Assembly: GCA_963792965.1 (NCBI GenBank)
Contig: CAWBYW010000007.1
Coordinates: 160,001-224,000, forward strand
Reading direction: 5' to 3'
DNA: 64,000 nt
Source: an uncultured delta proteobacterium
GTDB taxonomy: Bacteria; Desulfobacterota; Zymogenia; Zymogenales; Zymogenaceae
This document shows positions 28,506-40,675 of this stretch, in pieces. Each line of letters begins with the position of its first letter. Position 1 is the stretch's first letter. The position numbers and the translations under genes are program-made. The notes under the pieces were generated by a model, which had not been told where the DNA came from, did not search any database, and worked only from the letters and a program-made list of their open reading frames with translations.

Positions 28506-30296
28506 ATGGAACGAAAACTCCTTTCCGGAAACGAAGCGATCGCGCGGGGTGCCTATGAGTGCGGGGTTGTTTTTGCATCCGCCTACCCGGGAACCCCGTC
28601 GACGGAAATCCTCCAGGAAATAAGACACTACCCCGACGTTTACTGCGAGTGGTCCCCTAACGAGAAAGTGGCCCTCGAAGTGGGCGTCGGTGCGTGTTAC
28701 GCGGGGGGGCGGACGCTCGTCGTGATGAAACACGTCGGGGTAAACGTCGCGGCCGACCCGTTCTTCACCCTCTCCTATACCGGCGTCCGAGGAGGATTGG
28801 TCCTGGTCACCGCCGATGACCCGGAGCTTCACAGCTCGCAGAACGAGCAGGACAATCGGAACTACGCGAAGTTCGCAAAGGTTCCCATGCTCGAGCCGAG
28901 CGACAGCCAGGAAGCCAAGGATTTCACCAGGATCGCCTTTTCGCTCTCCGAACAGTTCAATACGCCGGTCATGCTGAGGACGACCACGCGTATCTCTCAT
29001 TCCCAGTCGCCGGTCGTATTGGGCGACGCCGAGCGCGAAAAATACCGCGGCAAGATCGGGATCGAGAAGGATCCCGAGCGGCTCGTGATGCTGCCCAATA
29101 ACGCCCGAAAGCGTCATCGCGTGGTGGAAGAGCGGATGGTTTCGCTCAAGGCATTTGCCGAAACCTTCGCCGAAAATAAGATTGAATGGGGTGACAAGTC
29201 CCTTGGGATCGTCACCTCCGGCATTTCTTACCAGTACGCGCGAGAGGTCTTTCCCAATGCCTCCATCCTCAAGCTCGGGATGGTTTATCCGCTGCCTGAA
29301 AAGACTATCCGGGATTTCGCCTCGGCCGTAAAGGAGCTCATCGTGGTTGAGGAGCTTGATCCTTTCATCGAAGAGCAGATCAGAGCGATGGGGATCATCG
29401 TTCGCGGGAAAGGACATATCCCTCTATACGGAGAGCTTAACCTCGATATCGTGGGCGCCTCCTTCGAGCGATGCCGGCGGAGGAGAAACCCAGCCGGTAT
29501 TTGAGCTGCCTAAGCTCCCCCGAGGCCGCCCAATATGTGTCCGGGATGTCCACACCGAGGCGTTTTCTACACGCTCTCGAAAAAGAAGATCTTCGTGGCA
29601 GGGGATATCGGATGCTACACGCTCGCGTTTCTCCCGCCGTTGCGCGCGATCGATACGTGTCTCTGCATGGGTGCAAGCATCGGGCAGGCCGTCGGGATGG
29701 ATAAGGTACTGGGAGACTCAGGGAAGGGAAAGGTCGCCGCGGTAATCGGCGACTCCACTTTCTTCCATTCCGGGATAACACCGCTGATCGATGCCTCGTA
29801 TAATAAATCAAGCGCCACCATCATCATCCTCAATAACAAGACGACTGCGATGACCGGCGCACAGAACCATCCCGGCACCGGCAAGACCCTCCGGGGAGAA
29901 GAGACTCACGCCGTGGATATCGCGACGCTGGCCACAGCTATCGGCGTAAAAAGGGTCAGGAAAGTCGACCCGTACCGCATCGAAGAGACGCGTGCCGCCA
30001 TCGAGGAAGAGCTCGCCTCAGTCGAGACGTCCGTTATCATCTCGGAAAGCCCCTGCGTGCTTCTGCCGGGAAGCAGAAGGGACGACTGGTATCTGCTGAC
30101 GGTCGACTCAGCGGTTTGTAACGGATGCAAGGCGTGTCTGATGCTCGGCTGTCCCGCACTTGGCTGGGAGCCGAATGAGACCAACGCAAAAGGGAAAAAG
30201 GGAAGATCGTCCATCGACCCGCTGCTCTGCATCGGCTGCGGCATGTGCAGATCACTTTGTAAATTTGACGCCATTGTGAGACGTGCCGGTGACTGA
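28506..30296 (+). CDS. iorA: Indolepyruvate:ferredoxin oxidoreductase alpha subunit (two apparent frameshifts near 29465 and 29520)
   Basis: SGNEAIARG, YPGTPSTE, MKHVGVNVAAD, RPPNMCPGCPHR, GDSTFFHSG, C-terminal ferredoxin. Confidence 0.93.
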
Positions 30297-30879
30297 TAAA
30301 ATAACAAATATCATGATGGTGGGGGTAGGGGGCCAGGGTATCATTTTGGCCTCAGATATTTTGTCCGAATCTCTCATGACGGCGGGTTTCGACGTAAAAA
30401 AGAGCGAAGTCCACGGCATGGCTCAGCGAGGCGGCAGCGTTGTCAGCCACGTCAGATTTGGGAAGAAAGTCTATTCCCCGCTGATAAAGAAGGGAGAGAC
30501 CGATATTCTTTACTCCCTGGAGATGCTTGAATCCCTGCGCTATATTGATTTCCTCAACAAGGATTCCGTCGTTATCCTTAACGATTACCGGCTCAATCCC
30601 CCTTCGGTATCACTCGGGGTCGAGCAGTATCCGGAAGGTATCTACGACATATTTAAGAAGTATTTCTCGCGGGTGACCCTGATTCATGGCTTCGAGATGG
30701 CTACCGAGAACGGCAATCCGCGAACGATGGGCATTATTGTCCTCGGCCATCTCTCTCGGTATCTTGATGTGCCGCAGGACATCTGGCACTCCGTCATCAG
30801 GCAGCGTGTGCCTAAGAAGGCCGTGGACGTAAACCTGAAGGCCTTCGAAATGGGAAGCGCCATCCCCACGGTATCATAG
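30283..30879 (+). CDS. iorB: Indolepyruvate:ferredoxin oxidoreductase beta subunit
   Basis: [19 protein letters not shown]. Confidence 0.94.
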   Translation: MPVTDKITNIMMVGVGGQGIILASDILSESLMTAGFDVKKSEVHGMAQRGGSVVSHVRFGKKVYSPLIKKGETDILYSLEMLESLRYIDFLNKDSVVILNDYRLNPPSVSLGVEQYPEGIYDIFKKYFSRVTLIHGFEMATENGNPRTMGIIVLGHLSRYLDVPQDIWHSVIRQRVPKKAVDVNLKAFEMGSAIPTVS

Positions 30880-30890
30880 GAGGTTTTTGC

Positions 30891-32194
30891 ATGATTTTTA
30901 ATGAAGAATTTGAAACCCTTCCGAGGCCCGCTCTCGAAGCGCTCCAGTTAAAGCGGCTCCAGGATGTGACGAAACGCGTCTATGAGAGAGTGCCCTTCTA
31001 CAAAAAGAAGTTTGATGAAGCGCATATCAAGCCAGGGGACGTGAAGAGCCTCAAAGACCTCCAAAAGCTTCCCTTTACGGTTAAACAGGACCTGAGGGAC
31101 AACTATCCCTTCGGCCTCTTTACCCTCCCGATGGAAGACATCGTCAGGATTCATGCGTCCTCCGGGACAACCGGCAAGCCGACCGTCGTCGGCTACACGA
31201 AGAAGGATATCGAGCTCTGGGCGGAGCTCATGGCACGAACGCTCTCCGTCGGCCGGGGCCACGAAGAAAGATATCATCCACAATGCCTATGGGTACGGGC
31301 TTTTTACCGGCGGATTGGGCATTCACTACGGCTCGGAGCGGCTGGGCGCTTCCGTCATCCCGATATCCGGCGGCAACACGAAGCGCCAGATCATGATCAT
31401 GCAGGATTTCGGATCCACGATCCTCGCCTGTACCCCCTCGTATGCCTTGTTTATCGCCGAGGTTGCCGAGGAGGTGGGCGTCGACTTTCAAGAACTTAAA
31501 CCTCAAGGCGGGGGTATTCGGGGCCGAGCCCTGGTCCGATAGGATGCGCCGCGAGATCGAGAGAAAGCTCAACCTGGACGCCATCGATATCTACGGACTT
31601 TCGCGAGATTATCGGGCCGGGCGTTGCGACGGAATGCCTTGAAGCGAAAAGCGGCCTCCATATCTTCGAGGATCACTTCATCCCCGAAATCATCAACCCC
31701 CAGACCGGCGAGGTCCTCCCGTACGGAGAGAAGGGAGAGCTGGTTTTCACGACAGTCACCAAGGAGGCGTTTCCCCTCATCCGTTACCGGACCCGGGACA
31801 TCTCGCGGCTCAGCCCGAGCCCTGTAAATGCGGCAGGACCCACGTGCGGATGGATCGCATAAGCGGTCGAAGCGACGATATGCTGATCATCCGCGGGGTC
31901 AACGTCTTCCCGTCACAGATCGAGAGCATCCTGCTGGAGATCGAAGGGGTCGAGCCACATTATCAGCTGATCGTCGACCGCGAGGGACCGCTGGACATTC
32001 TCGAAGTCCGCGTGGAGGTCAATGAATCCGTATTCTCCGATGAGATCAAGAAACTCCAGGTCCTCGAAGGGAAGATCGAAAAGGACATCAAGGACCTCCT
32101 CGGCGTGAACGCGACGGTGAAGCTCGTCGAGCCCAAGACCATTACCCGCAGTGAGGGAAAGGCCGTCAGGGTTATTGACAAACGAAAGCTATAA
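30891..32194 (+). CDS. paaK: Phenylacetate-CoA ligase, canonical motifs (four apparent frameshifts near 31248, 31490, 31604, 31815)
   Basis: [47 protein letters not shown], spread across frames. Confidence 0.9.
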
Positions 32195-32208
32195 GGGAGA
32201 TTGAGGCC

Positions 32209-32640
32209 ATGAAGGTAGAACAGATTTCGATCTTTTTGGAGAATAAGTCCGGAAGGCTGGCCGAAGTCACGAAGATTCTCGGAGAGGGCGGGGTCAATAT
32301 CCGGGCGCTTTCGCTGGCCGACACCTCGGATTTCGGGATTCTGCGCCTCATCGTCAACAATACCGAAAAAGCAAAGGATATCCTCAAAAAACACAACTTC
32401 ACTATGGGAAAGACCGAGGTCATCGCCGTAGAGGTTCCCGACAGGCCTGGAGGGCTCGGGCACATCCTTGAGGTACTCAGGAAGGAAAATATCAACGTCG
32501 AGTATATGTACGCTTTCATCGAGAGAAGCGGAAAGGATGCCGTCATCATCTTTCGCTTTGACGAGATCGATAAGGCAATCACGGTGTTGACGAAGAACAA
32601 AATCGTCGTTCTTCCCGGTGAAAAGGTCTATTCGCTGTAA
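32209..32640 (+). CDS. Tandem ACT-domain protein
   Basis: [34 protein letters not shown]. Confidence 0.92.
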   Translation: MKVEQISIFLENKSGRLAEVTKILGEGGVNIRALSLADTSDFGILRLIVNNTEKAKDILKKHNFTMGKTEVIAVEVPDRPGGLGHILEVLRKENINVEYMYAFIERSGKDAVIIFRFDEIDKAITVLTKNKIVVLPGEKVYSL

Positions 32641-32673
32641 ACGATACTACCCATCTATTATGAGGTTTTATCC

Positions 32674-33837
32674 ATGAAAAAGAAGGTTTTCTTTTCTCTC
32701 GTTTTGTGCATCGTCTTTGTCGGGCTGATCGTCTCCTCCTGCGGTAAGAAACCCGCCCAGCCCGGTGGCGAGCCATACATCATCGGCGGGGTCTTCTCTA
32801 TCTCGGGGAGCAACTCGCCGCTCGGTGAGCCGGAAAAGAACTCGATGAACATGTTCGTGGACAAGGTCAACAAAGAAGGCGGAATCGACGGCCACCCGCT
32901 GACTGCCGTCATCTATGACGACGAGGGCGACGCCACCAAGTGCCTGAACATGGTAAAGAAGCTCATTGAAAAAGATAACGTCCTGGCCATCGTGGGCCCG
33001 AGCCTGTCTGGCAATACCCTCGCGGTCATGCCCGTCGTCGAGGAAAAACAGATCCCCCTCATTTCGTGCGCGGCAAGCATCAAGATCACCAGTCCCGTCA
33101 ACAAGTGGGTCTTTAAGACACCTCAGACGGACGTCCAGGCCGTTGAGCGGATCTACGAGTACCTTGCGAAAAAGGGAATCAAGAAGATCGCCATCATGAC
33201 CGTATCCAACGGTTATGGTGACAGCGGCAAGGAGCAGCTCAAGGCTCAGGCGCCCGGCGCCGGGATGACGATCGTCGCGGAAGAGTCTTTCGGTGAGAAA
33301 GACGAAGACATGACCGCGCAACTGACGAAAATAAAGGGATCCGGGGCCGAGGCGATCGTCTGCTGGGGCACCAACCCGGGGCCCGCGATCGTCGCCAAGA
33401 ACATCGTTCAGCTCGGTATTACGATCCCGCTTATCCAGAGCCACGGTGTGGCTTCTCCGAAGTATATCGAGTACGCGGGTACGTCGGCAAACGGCAACGT
33501 TCTTCCCACGGGCAAGATCCTTGTTCTGGACCAGCTCCCCGCGACCGACCCACAGCGTCCCGTCCTTGCCGACTATAAGAAATTGTACGAAGACACGTTT
33601 AAATCACCGGTCTCAGGATTCGGCGGTTATGCATGGGACGCGATGGGAATCATCGCCGGTGCCCTCAAGGAATCCGGAGGCGACCGCGCGAAGCTGCGTG
33701 ACGCCATCGAAAAGACGACCGGCTTTATAGGTGTGAGCGGCATTTTCACCATGACGCCTGAAGACCACAACGGACTCACCAAGGACGCCTTTGTCATGGT
33801 CGTTATCGAAAACGGCACATGGAAGATCATCCCATAG
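32674..33837 (+). CDS. Liv-type ABC transporter substrate-binding lipoprotein 1
   Basis: Lipobox VSSC; periplasmic binding protein type 1 motifs. Confidence 0.92.
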   Translation: MKKKVFFSLVLCIVFVGLIVSSCGKKPAQPGGEPYIIGGVFSISGSNSPLGEPEKNSMNMFVDKVNKEGGIDGHPLTAVIYDDEGDATKCLNMVKKLIEKDNVLAIVGPSLSGNTLAVMPVVEEKQIPLISCAASIKITSPVNKWVFKTPQTDVQAVERIYEYLAKKGIKKIAIMTVSNGYGDSGKEQLKAQAPGAGMTIVAEESFGEKDEDMTAQLTKIKGSGAEAIVCWGTNPGPAIVAKNIVQLGITIPLIQSHGVASPKYIEYAGTSANGNVLPTGKILVLDQLPATDPQRPVLADYKKLYEDTFKSPVSGFGGYAWDAMGIIAGALKESGGDRAKLRDAIEKTTGFIGVSGIFTMTPEDHNGLTKDAFVMVVIENGTWKIIP

Positions 33838-33865
33838 TGGTATGATTTCCCGCATTCGATATCAT

Positions 33866-33896
33866 GAGGCTAAGCACGTCTGTTTAGCCTCTTTTT
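33866..33896 (+). terminator. Intercistronic hairpin/terminator after SBP1
   Basis: GAGGCTAAGCA..TGTTTAGCCTC then TTTTT. Confidence 0.7.
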
Positions 33897-33900
33897 ATAT

Positions 33901-34791
33901 ATGGTCATGATGCAGTTTGAGCAGATCCTTCAGTACCTGATCGGTGGTATCACCAAGGGCAGCATCTACGCGGTCGTGGGGCTCGGCTTCACAATTATCT
34001 ACAACTCCACCGAGATTATCAACTTCGCGCAGGGAGAGTTCGTGATGCTCGGGGCGCTCTTCATGGTGACTTTCGGCTCGGTATTACACCTCCCGATCGT
34101 GATTGCCTTCCTGCTATCGGTCATCGCGGTTACGATCGTGGGGATACTGGTCGACCTGCTCATTATCAGGCCGGTGAAGAGACCGTCGCCGGTGACACTG
34201 ATTATCATTACCATCGGGGCCTCTATCTTCATCAGGGGTGTGGCGGTCTTCGTGTGGGGGAAAGACCCGTATCCGCTGAAATCCTTTTCCGGTGATACGC
34301 CGCTTGAGATCTGGGGGGCCTACATTATGCCCCAGACGCTTTGGATTATCGGTATAACGGCCGTGGTCCTTGCCGTTCTCCATTTCTTTTTCGAGTATAC
34401 GATCGCGGGCAAAGGGATGCGGGCCTGCGCCGTCAACCCGCGGGCGGCCAGGCTCTTGGGGATCAGGGTCAAAAGGATGGTGATGATGACGTTCGCCCTG
34501 TCGGGAGGGCTCGGGGCGGTGGCGGGAATCATCATCTCTCCGATTACTCTGGCGACCTACGACATGGGGGTGATGCTCGGGCTGAAGGGGTTCTGCGGTG
34601 CGGTGATCGGCGGGCTCGGCAGCGTCCCGGGGGCGATTATCGGAGGTCTTGTCCTCGGGATTCTTGAGTCGCTCGGGGCGGGGCTGATATCGTCGGCCTA
34701 CAAGGATGCGATCGCCTTCGTGATACTTTTGATCGTCCTCTTTATCAAGCCCACCGGAATATTCGGGGCAGGTGAGACCAAGCGGGTGTAA
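33901..34791 (+). CDS. livH: Liv-type ABC permease (LivH-like)
   Basis: GSIYA..INFAQGE; GGLGSVPGA. Confidence 0.92.
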   Translation: MVMMQFEQILQYLIGGITKGSIYAVVGLGFTIIYNSTEIINFAQGEFVMLGALFMVTFGSVLHLPIVIAFLLSVIAVTIVGILVDLLIIRPVKRPSPVTLIIITIGASIFIRGVAVFVWGKDPYPLKSFSGDTPLEIWGAYIMPQTLWIIGITAVVLAVLHFFFEYTIAGKGMRACAVNPRAARLLGIRVKRMVMMTFALSGGLGAVAGIIISPITLATYDMGVMLGLKGFCGAVIGGLGSVPGAIIGGLVLGILESLGAGLISSAYKDAIAFVILLIVLFIKPTGIFGAGETKRV

Positions 34792-34794
34792 GCG

Positions 34795-35740
34795 ATGAAG
34801 GTAAGACGAGACGCCGTTTACTTCCTGATCCTCATCGCGACCGTCGCGGCACTGCCGCTTTTCCTGAAGGGCGATTACTATCTGAGCATACTGGCGGTCA
34901 TCGGACTCAACACGATTCTGGCGCTCGGGCTCAACCTCCTCATGGGGTACGCGGGACAGATATCCCTCGGCCATGCGGCCTTCTTCGGCATTGGAGCCTA
35001 TACGTCCGGGATACTCACGGCAACGTACGGTGTGCCGCCTCTTGTCGCGGCGGCCTGCGCCCTGCTCATCGTCGGCCTTGTCGCCCTCGTCGTGGGAATA
35101 CCATCGTTGAAACTGAGGGGCCAATATCTCGCCATGGCGACGCTCGGGTTCGGGATCATCGTCTACATCCTCCTCAGGGAGATGGGATGGCTTACCGGCG
35201 GCCCCTCGGGATTACGGGATATCCCGACGGCTATCGCTGTTCGGTTTCAGCTTTGACAGCGACCTCAAAAAATACTACCTGGTATGGGGGACGGCGATCT
35301 GCATCCTGGTGGTAAGCAGCAATATTGTCAACTCCCGCGTGGGCAGGGCGCTTAAGGCCGTTCACACTTCGGAGGTTGCGGCCGCGACGCTCGGCATCAA
35401 TATCCAGGGATATAAATTGTCGATCTTCGTTATCAGCGCACTGTTTGCATCCGTCGCGGGAAGTCTCTTCGCACACGTCATGAACTTCATCAGTCCCGGG
35501 TCATTCGGGTTCAATTTTTCCATCGTCCTGGTGACGATGGTGGTTGTGGGAGGGATGGCCAGTATCTGGGGCTCGATCTTCGGGGCATCGGTCCTGACGT
35601 TCCTACCCCTGTCGCTCACAGTGCTGGAAGAATTTGACATTGTCGTCTACGGCGCCATCCTCATGGTCATCATGATCGTCATGCCGGAGGGACTCACGCG
35701 TGGGATCATCGATCGGATACGGGGGAGGATCCGACGATGA
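34795..35740 (+). CDS. livM: Liv-type ABC permease (LivM-like; apparent frameshift near 35227)
   Basis: GQISLGHAAFFGIGAY, YLAMATLGFG, SRVGRAL. Confidence 0.9.
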
Positions 35741-36501
35741 TACTGTCGGTTGAAGGGCTCAGCATGAATTTCGGGGGCGTAGCCGCGCTTCAGGACGTCA
35801 CCTTCGGGGTCAGCGCGCACCACATCAAGGCTATCATTGGGCCCAACGGCGCCGGGAAAACCACGCTTTTCAATCTGATCACCGGGATTTACCCACCCAC
35901 GTCAGGAAGGATCGTCTTTGATGGAAAAGAGATCACAGGCAGGCGCCCCGATAGAATCGCCGCCCTCGGGGTTACGCGGACCTTCCAGAACGTCGAGCTT
36001 TTCTCGAACATGAGCGTTATCGAAAACGTCATGGTCGGAAGGCATATTCGGTCGCACTCCGGCTTTCTGACGAGCGCACTCAGCCTGCCCTGGGCCCGCA
36101 GGGAAGAGCGGGAAATAAAGAGCCGCGCGCGCCAATACCTCGATTTCGTGGGGCTTCTGCCGAGGGCAGGGGACATGGCGTTGTCGCTCCCGCTCGGACA
36201 TCAACGGTATCTTGAAATTGCCCGGGCACTCGCACTTGAGCCGAGACTGTTGTTGCTCGACGAGCCGGCCGCAGGACTCGATGAACGGGAAACGGAAGAG
36301 TTGTCGCTGTTGATAAAAAAGATTAGGGATACCGGGATCACGATCGTTCTGGTCGAGCACGACATGAGCCTGACAATGGCGATATCCGATGAGATTGTCG
36401 TTTTGGACTACGGCAGACTCATCGCCGAGGGAACGCCGCGCGAAGTCCAGTACGACAAAAAGGTCATCGACGCCTATCTGGGCGGAGGCACGGTTGCTTA
36501 G
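35737..36501 (+). CDS. livG: Liv-type ABC ATPase (LivG-like)
   Basis: GPNGAGKTT, RTFQN, LDEPAAG, EHDM. Confidence 0.93.
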   Translation: MILSVEGLSMNFGGVAALQDVTFGVSAHHIKAIIGPNGAGKTTLFNLITGIYPPTSGRIVFDGKEITGRRPDRIAALGVTRTFQNVELFSNMSVIENVMVGRHIRSHSGFLTSALSLPWARREEREIKSRARQYLDFVGLLPRAGDMALSLPLGHQRYLEIARALALEPRLLLLDEPAAGLDERETEELSLLIKKIRDTGITIVLVEHDMSLTMAISDEIVVLDYGRLIAEGTPREVQYDKKVIDAYLGGGTVA

Positions 36502-37228
36502 AGTCAGGAATATTACCTCGTGCTATGGAAAGATCAGAGCGCTCCAGAACGTGTCGCTCCATGTCTGGAAAGGTGAGATCGTCTCGATTATCGGCGCAAA
36601 CGGCGCCGGCAAAACGACGCTGATTAATACCATATCGGGGATTGTCTCTCCGGTAACGGGCGGCATCATGCTGGACGGAAAGGACATCACGAAAAGGAAC
36701 CCCGAGGATATCGTCGGAATGGGACTAACGCAGGTTCCGGAGGGAAGGCAGATATTTAACCCCCTGACAGTGCTTGACAATCTTAAGCTGGGGGCCTATC
36801 TCAGGTATAGAAAAGGTCAAAAGAAGAAAATCCACCAGGACATCGAAGAAGTATTCTCGATATTTCCGATACTCGGGGACCGCAGCTCCCAGCGTGCAGG
36901 AACACTCTCGGGGGGAGAGCAACAGATGCTCGCCATTGCCCGGGGGCTGATGGCCCGGCCCTCTCTTCTCATGCTCGATGAGCCGTCCCTCGGCCTTGCC
37001 CCGAAGATCGCGGCCGAGATCATCGACGTGATCGTGAGGCTTAAGGAAAAGGGGCTCACGATCCTGTTGATCGAGCAGAATGCCCGGGCGGCGCTGGCGG
37101 CCTCGGATCGCTCGTACGTGATTGAGACCGGCAACGTGATCGTCGAAGGGGAGGGGAGGGCGCTCCTTCATGATGGGGACGTTAAACGGGCATATCTCGG
37201 AAGGGATTACGGGGAGTTTTGGGAGTAG
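36494..37228 (+). CDS. livF: Liv-type ABC ATPase (LivF-like)
   Basis: GANGAGKTT, VPEGR, LSGGEQQM; TTG start after GGAGG. Confidence 0.93.
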   Translation: MLRVRNITSCYGKIRALQNVSLHVWKGEIVSIIGANGAGKTTLINTISGIVSPVTGGIMLDGKDITKRNPEDIVGMGLTQVPEGRQIFNPLTVLDNLKLGAYLRYRKGQKKKIHQDIEEVFSIFPILGDRSSQRAGTLSGGEQQMLAIARGLMARPSLLMLDEPSLGLAPKIAAEIIDVIVRLKEKGLTILLIEQNARAALAASDRSYVIETGNVIVEGEGRALLHDGDVKRAYLGRDYGEFWE

Positions 37229-37231
37229 ACC

Positions 37232-38540
37232 ATGAGGATCTATAATCGTCGCTACGAGAGGCTTTCGAAAGACGAAATAGAGCAGGTACAGCTTGAGCGG
37301 CTGCAGAGCACCGTTCATCGCGCGCATAAAAACGTCCCGTTTTACCAAAACGAGATGAAAAAAAGAAATGTCCTTCCTTCCGACATCCTCAATATATCGG
37401 ACCTTGCCAAATTCGGTTTTACGACGCGTGACGATCTCGGATACAACTATCCGTACGGGCTCTTTGCCGTACCCCTTCGAGACATCGTTCGGATCAACTC
37501 CACGTCCGGAACGGCGGGAAAACCTACCGTCGTCGGCTATACGAAAAACGATCTGGGCGTATGGGTTGACCTGCTCTCCCGCCTCTATACCGCTTCCGGG
37601 GTCACCGCCGACGATATCGTCCAGATATCCTTCGTCTTCGGGCTGACGAACTGGGGCAGGGGGATGGCCGCCTCCGCCGAACATATCGAGGCCTCGGTCA
37701 TCCCGATGAGCGCCCTCAACCCGGAAAAAGAGATCATGATCATGGCCGACTACAAGACCAGTTGTCTCGTGTCGACACCGTCGCATGCCCTGCATCTGGC
37801 CGGCCTTCTCGTCCGAGCTGGGGATGGGTCGGGATAAGCTCTCGCTCAAGCGCGGGATCTTGGTGAGCGAGGCGATCTATCCGGAAACGAGAATCCGTAT
37901 AGAGGAAGAGCTCGGCATCCGTGTTTCGTCCGGCTACGGTATTCCCGAAGCGATGGGTCCCGGGATCGCATACGAGTGTTCCGAGGGGAGGCTCCATGTG
38001 GCGGAAGACCATTTTATCGTCGAGATTGTCGATCAAAACACCGGCCACGCCCTCCCGGATGGGGAGGAAGGGGAGTTGGTCATCACGACGCTCACCACAA
38101 AGGCCAATCCGTTGATACGGTTTCGCACCGGCGACGTCAGCCGGATCGTGCCGAACGACGGGTGTCCGTGTACAAGGACAATGAAAACGATCGAGTTTCC
38201 GACCAAACGCGCGGACGACGGGCTCTCCATCCGTGGCGTCAGGATCTATCCATCACAGATAGAGCGGATCATCACGTCCGCACTCAAGGAGACTCCGCCC
38301 TACATGATCAGTGTTTACAAAGTCAACGAGCTCGATGAACTCGACATACTCATCGAGGAGGTGGAATCCCTCTTCTCAGATGAGATCAAGATACTTGAAA
38401 AGATGATCGCCACCATCAGACAGGACCTCTCGGAGATCCTTGGGATCAAGGCGAACATCAGGCTCGTCGAGCATGTTACCATGGACGCAATAAAGCGCGA
38501 AGGCGCTATCATTTTTACTAACCGTAGCACAAAGGAGTAA
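37232..38540 (+). CDS. PaaK-like CoA ligase paralog 2 (divergent; apparent frameshift near 37810)
   Basis: [27 protein letters not shown]; C-terminal EGK replaced by EGA. Confidence 0.85.
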
Positions 38541-38543
38541 CTT

Positions 38544-39687
38544 ATGAAGAGGATTATTCTATTTGCACTGGTCGCGCTCTTGGCTCTTTCTCTGTTCTGG
38601 ACCGGATGTAAAGAGAAGGCGAAAACCGGGGGAGAGCCGATTATCATCGGCTCGATCCTGAGGCTTTCCGTCGGGCGCATCGGACGGAATCCCGGCCAAA
38701 CGCGGCATTGAGATCGCCGTAAAGGAGATCAACGACGCCGGCGGAATCAACGGGAGGCCGCTTGAGGCAACTTTCGAGGACTCCCAGGACAAAGACACCG
38801 AGGCCGTGAACGCCGCCAACAAGCTGATATCGGTCGATAAGGTCCCCGTCATTATCGGCCCCATGAAGAGCGGTGAGACCCTCGCGGTGGCGCCGATCGC
38901 CGAGGATAACAAGGTTGTGCTCATTACGCCGACCGCCACGTCTCCCAAGGTTTCGGGTGTCGGGAAATACGTCTTCCGCGGCTGTTCCCGGATCGACAAG
39001 CAGGTGGAAGCCCTGGTGAACTACGCCATTGAGAAGTACGGCGCCAAGAAGGCGGCGATCCTCTACAGCAAAGAGCCGTACGGCGAGGGGTTCAAGGACC
39101 TGTTCATCAAGTTCTTCGGCGAAAAGGGCGTTGAAGTGGTCGCCGTTGAATCATTCATGGTGGGAGATAAGGACTTCAAGGCCCAGCTCACGAAGATCGC
39201 TGCCACAAAATTCGATATCCTCTGCATCCCCGGCTATCTCCAGGAAACGGCTCCGGCGGTCGTCCAGGCACGGATGCTCGGCATTACCGCTCCGACGTTT
39301 GGCGGTTACGGAGATATCGCTCCTCTCTACATTGAGCTGGCAGGTCCGGCGGCCGAGGGCCACGTCGTGTCGGGCGAGTATGACGAGGGATATGATACGC
39401 CAAAGAACAAGGAGTTCGTGAAGGAATATTATGACATCGTCAAGAAAGATCCCAATGAGCCCAACAACATCATGTTTGCCGCCATCACGTATGACATGAC
39501 CCACATCGTCGCTGACGCCATGAAGCAGGTCGGCACGGATCCCACGGCGATTAGGGACTATCTGAGGAGCCTGAAGGATTACGACGGGGTTACCGGAAAG
39601 CTGAGCTTCGATGATAAGGGAGATGTCCAGAAGGGTGGGATATACCTCTTCGAGGTACAAAACGGTAAATACGTCAAGGTTAAGTAA
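38544..39687 (+). CDS. Liv-type ABC substrate-binding lipoprotein 2 (apparent frameshift near 38670)
   Basis: MKRIILF..WTGC lipobox; INDAGGINGRPL; DFKAQLTKI. Confidence 0.9.
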
Positions 39688-39701
39688 GTAAATAGGCGAA
39701 A

Positions 39702-39726
39702 GGGGAGGGGGCAATCGCCCCTCCCC
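39702..39726 (+). terminator. GC hairpin after SBP2
   Basis: GGGGAGGGG..CCCCTCCCC stem without a clear U-tract. Confidence 0.55.
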
Positions 39727-39808
39727 GCCCTTATCTCCGTCAGGGCAGCATCGGCATCGATACCCCTCGGTGCTTCACGGCTCTTTTCATAGGACGCACT
39801 ACTACTCT

Positions 39809-40675
39809 ATGTTTCTACAGCAGCTCATAAACGGTATGGCGACGGGGAGCATCTACGCGATGGTGGCCCTCGGGTATACCATGATCTACGGCATCCTCGG
39901 GCTCATTAATTTCGCCCAGGGAGAGATCTACATGGCCGGCGCCTTTACTGCGGTATTGGCGATCTCCACTTTGCATGTCGGATTCGTAACCGCCTTATTC
40001 CTTGCGCTTGTGGTGAGCTCGCTGGTCGGGGTCCTCATGGAGCGGCTGGCATTCCGTCCGCTCAGAAACTCAAACCCGCTCATCCCCCTGATAGCCGCCA
40101 TCGGCGTATCAATTTCACTGCAGAGCCTCGCACGGATCCTTTTTGGGCCCAACAACCGTCCGTTTCCGATTACCTTTAATTATAAAATAGTGCACATACT
40201 CGGGACGAAGATTCCCGTACTCGATATCGCGATCCTGGCTGCCGCCGGTGCCCTCATGGTATGCCTGACCGTCTTTATCAAGAGATCAAAATATGGAAAG
40301 GCTATGGTAGCCTCTGCGACGGACGGCGAGGCTGCCCGGCTCATGGGGATCGACGTCGATAAGATGGTGACCCTGACGTTCGTAATCGGCTCGGTGCTCA
40401 GCGGTGCGGCCGGGGTGATGACGGCTGTCTACTACAACGCGACCTATCCGACCATGGGGATGCTCACGGGCCTAAAGGCGTTTTCCGCCGCTATTCTGGG
40501 CGGCGTCGGGAGCATCCCTGGGGCGATTGTAGGGGGATTGATTCTCGGCGTTGCCGAGAACCTCGGTGCCGCATACGTCTCGTCGGGCTTGAAGGACGCG
40601 GTGGCGTTTTCGATAATGATTATCGTTTTGATCGTGAGACCATCCGGTCTATTTGGTAGGGCGGGCAAACAGTGA
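39809..40675 (+). CDS. livH: Liv-type ABC permease (LivH-like)
   Basis: QQLING..GSIYAMVALGYTMIYG..INFAQGE. Confidence 0.92.
   Translation: MFLQQLINGMATGSIYAMVALGYTMIYGILGLINFAQGEIYMAGAFTAVLAISTLHVGFVTALFLALVVSSLVGVLMERLAFRPLRNSNPLIPLIAAIGVSISLQSLARILFGPNNRPFPITFNYKIVHILGTKIPVLDIAILAAAGALMVCLTVFIKRSKYGKAMVASATDGEAARLMGIDVDKMVTLTFVIGSVLSGAAGVMTAVYYNATYPTMGMLTGLKAFSAAILGGVGSIPGAIVGGLILGVAENLGAAYVSSGLKDAVAFSIMIIVLIVRPSGLFGRAGKQ

Noticed and set aside
28506-38680. iorA, paaK, livM and SBP2 as true pseudogenes or programmed frameshifts
   Set aside because: Motifs are intact across frames, with no slippery heptamers or other decay; the pattern fits sequencing indels.
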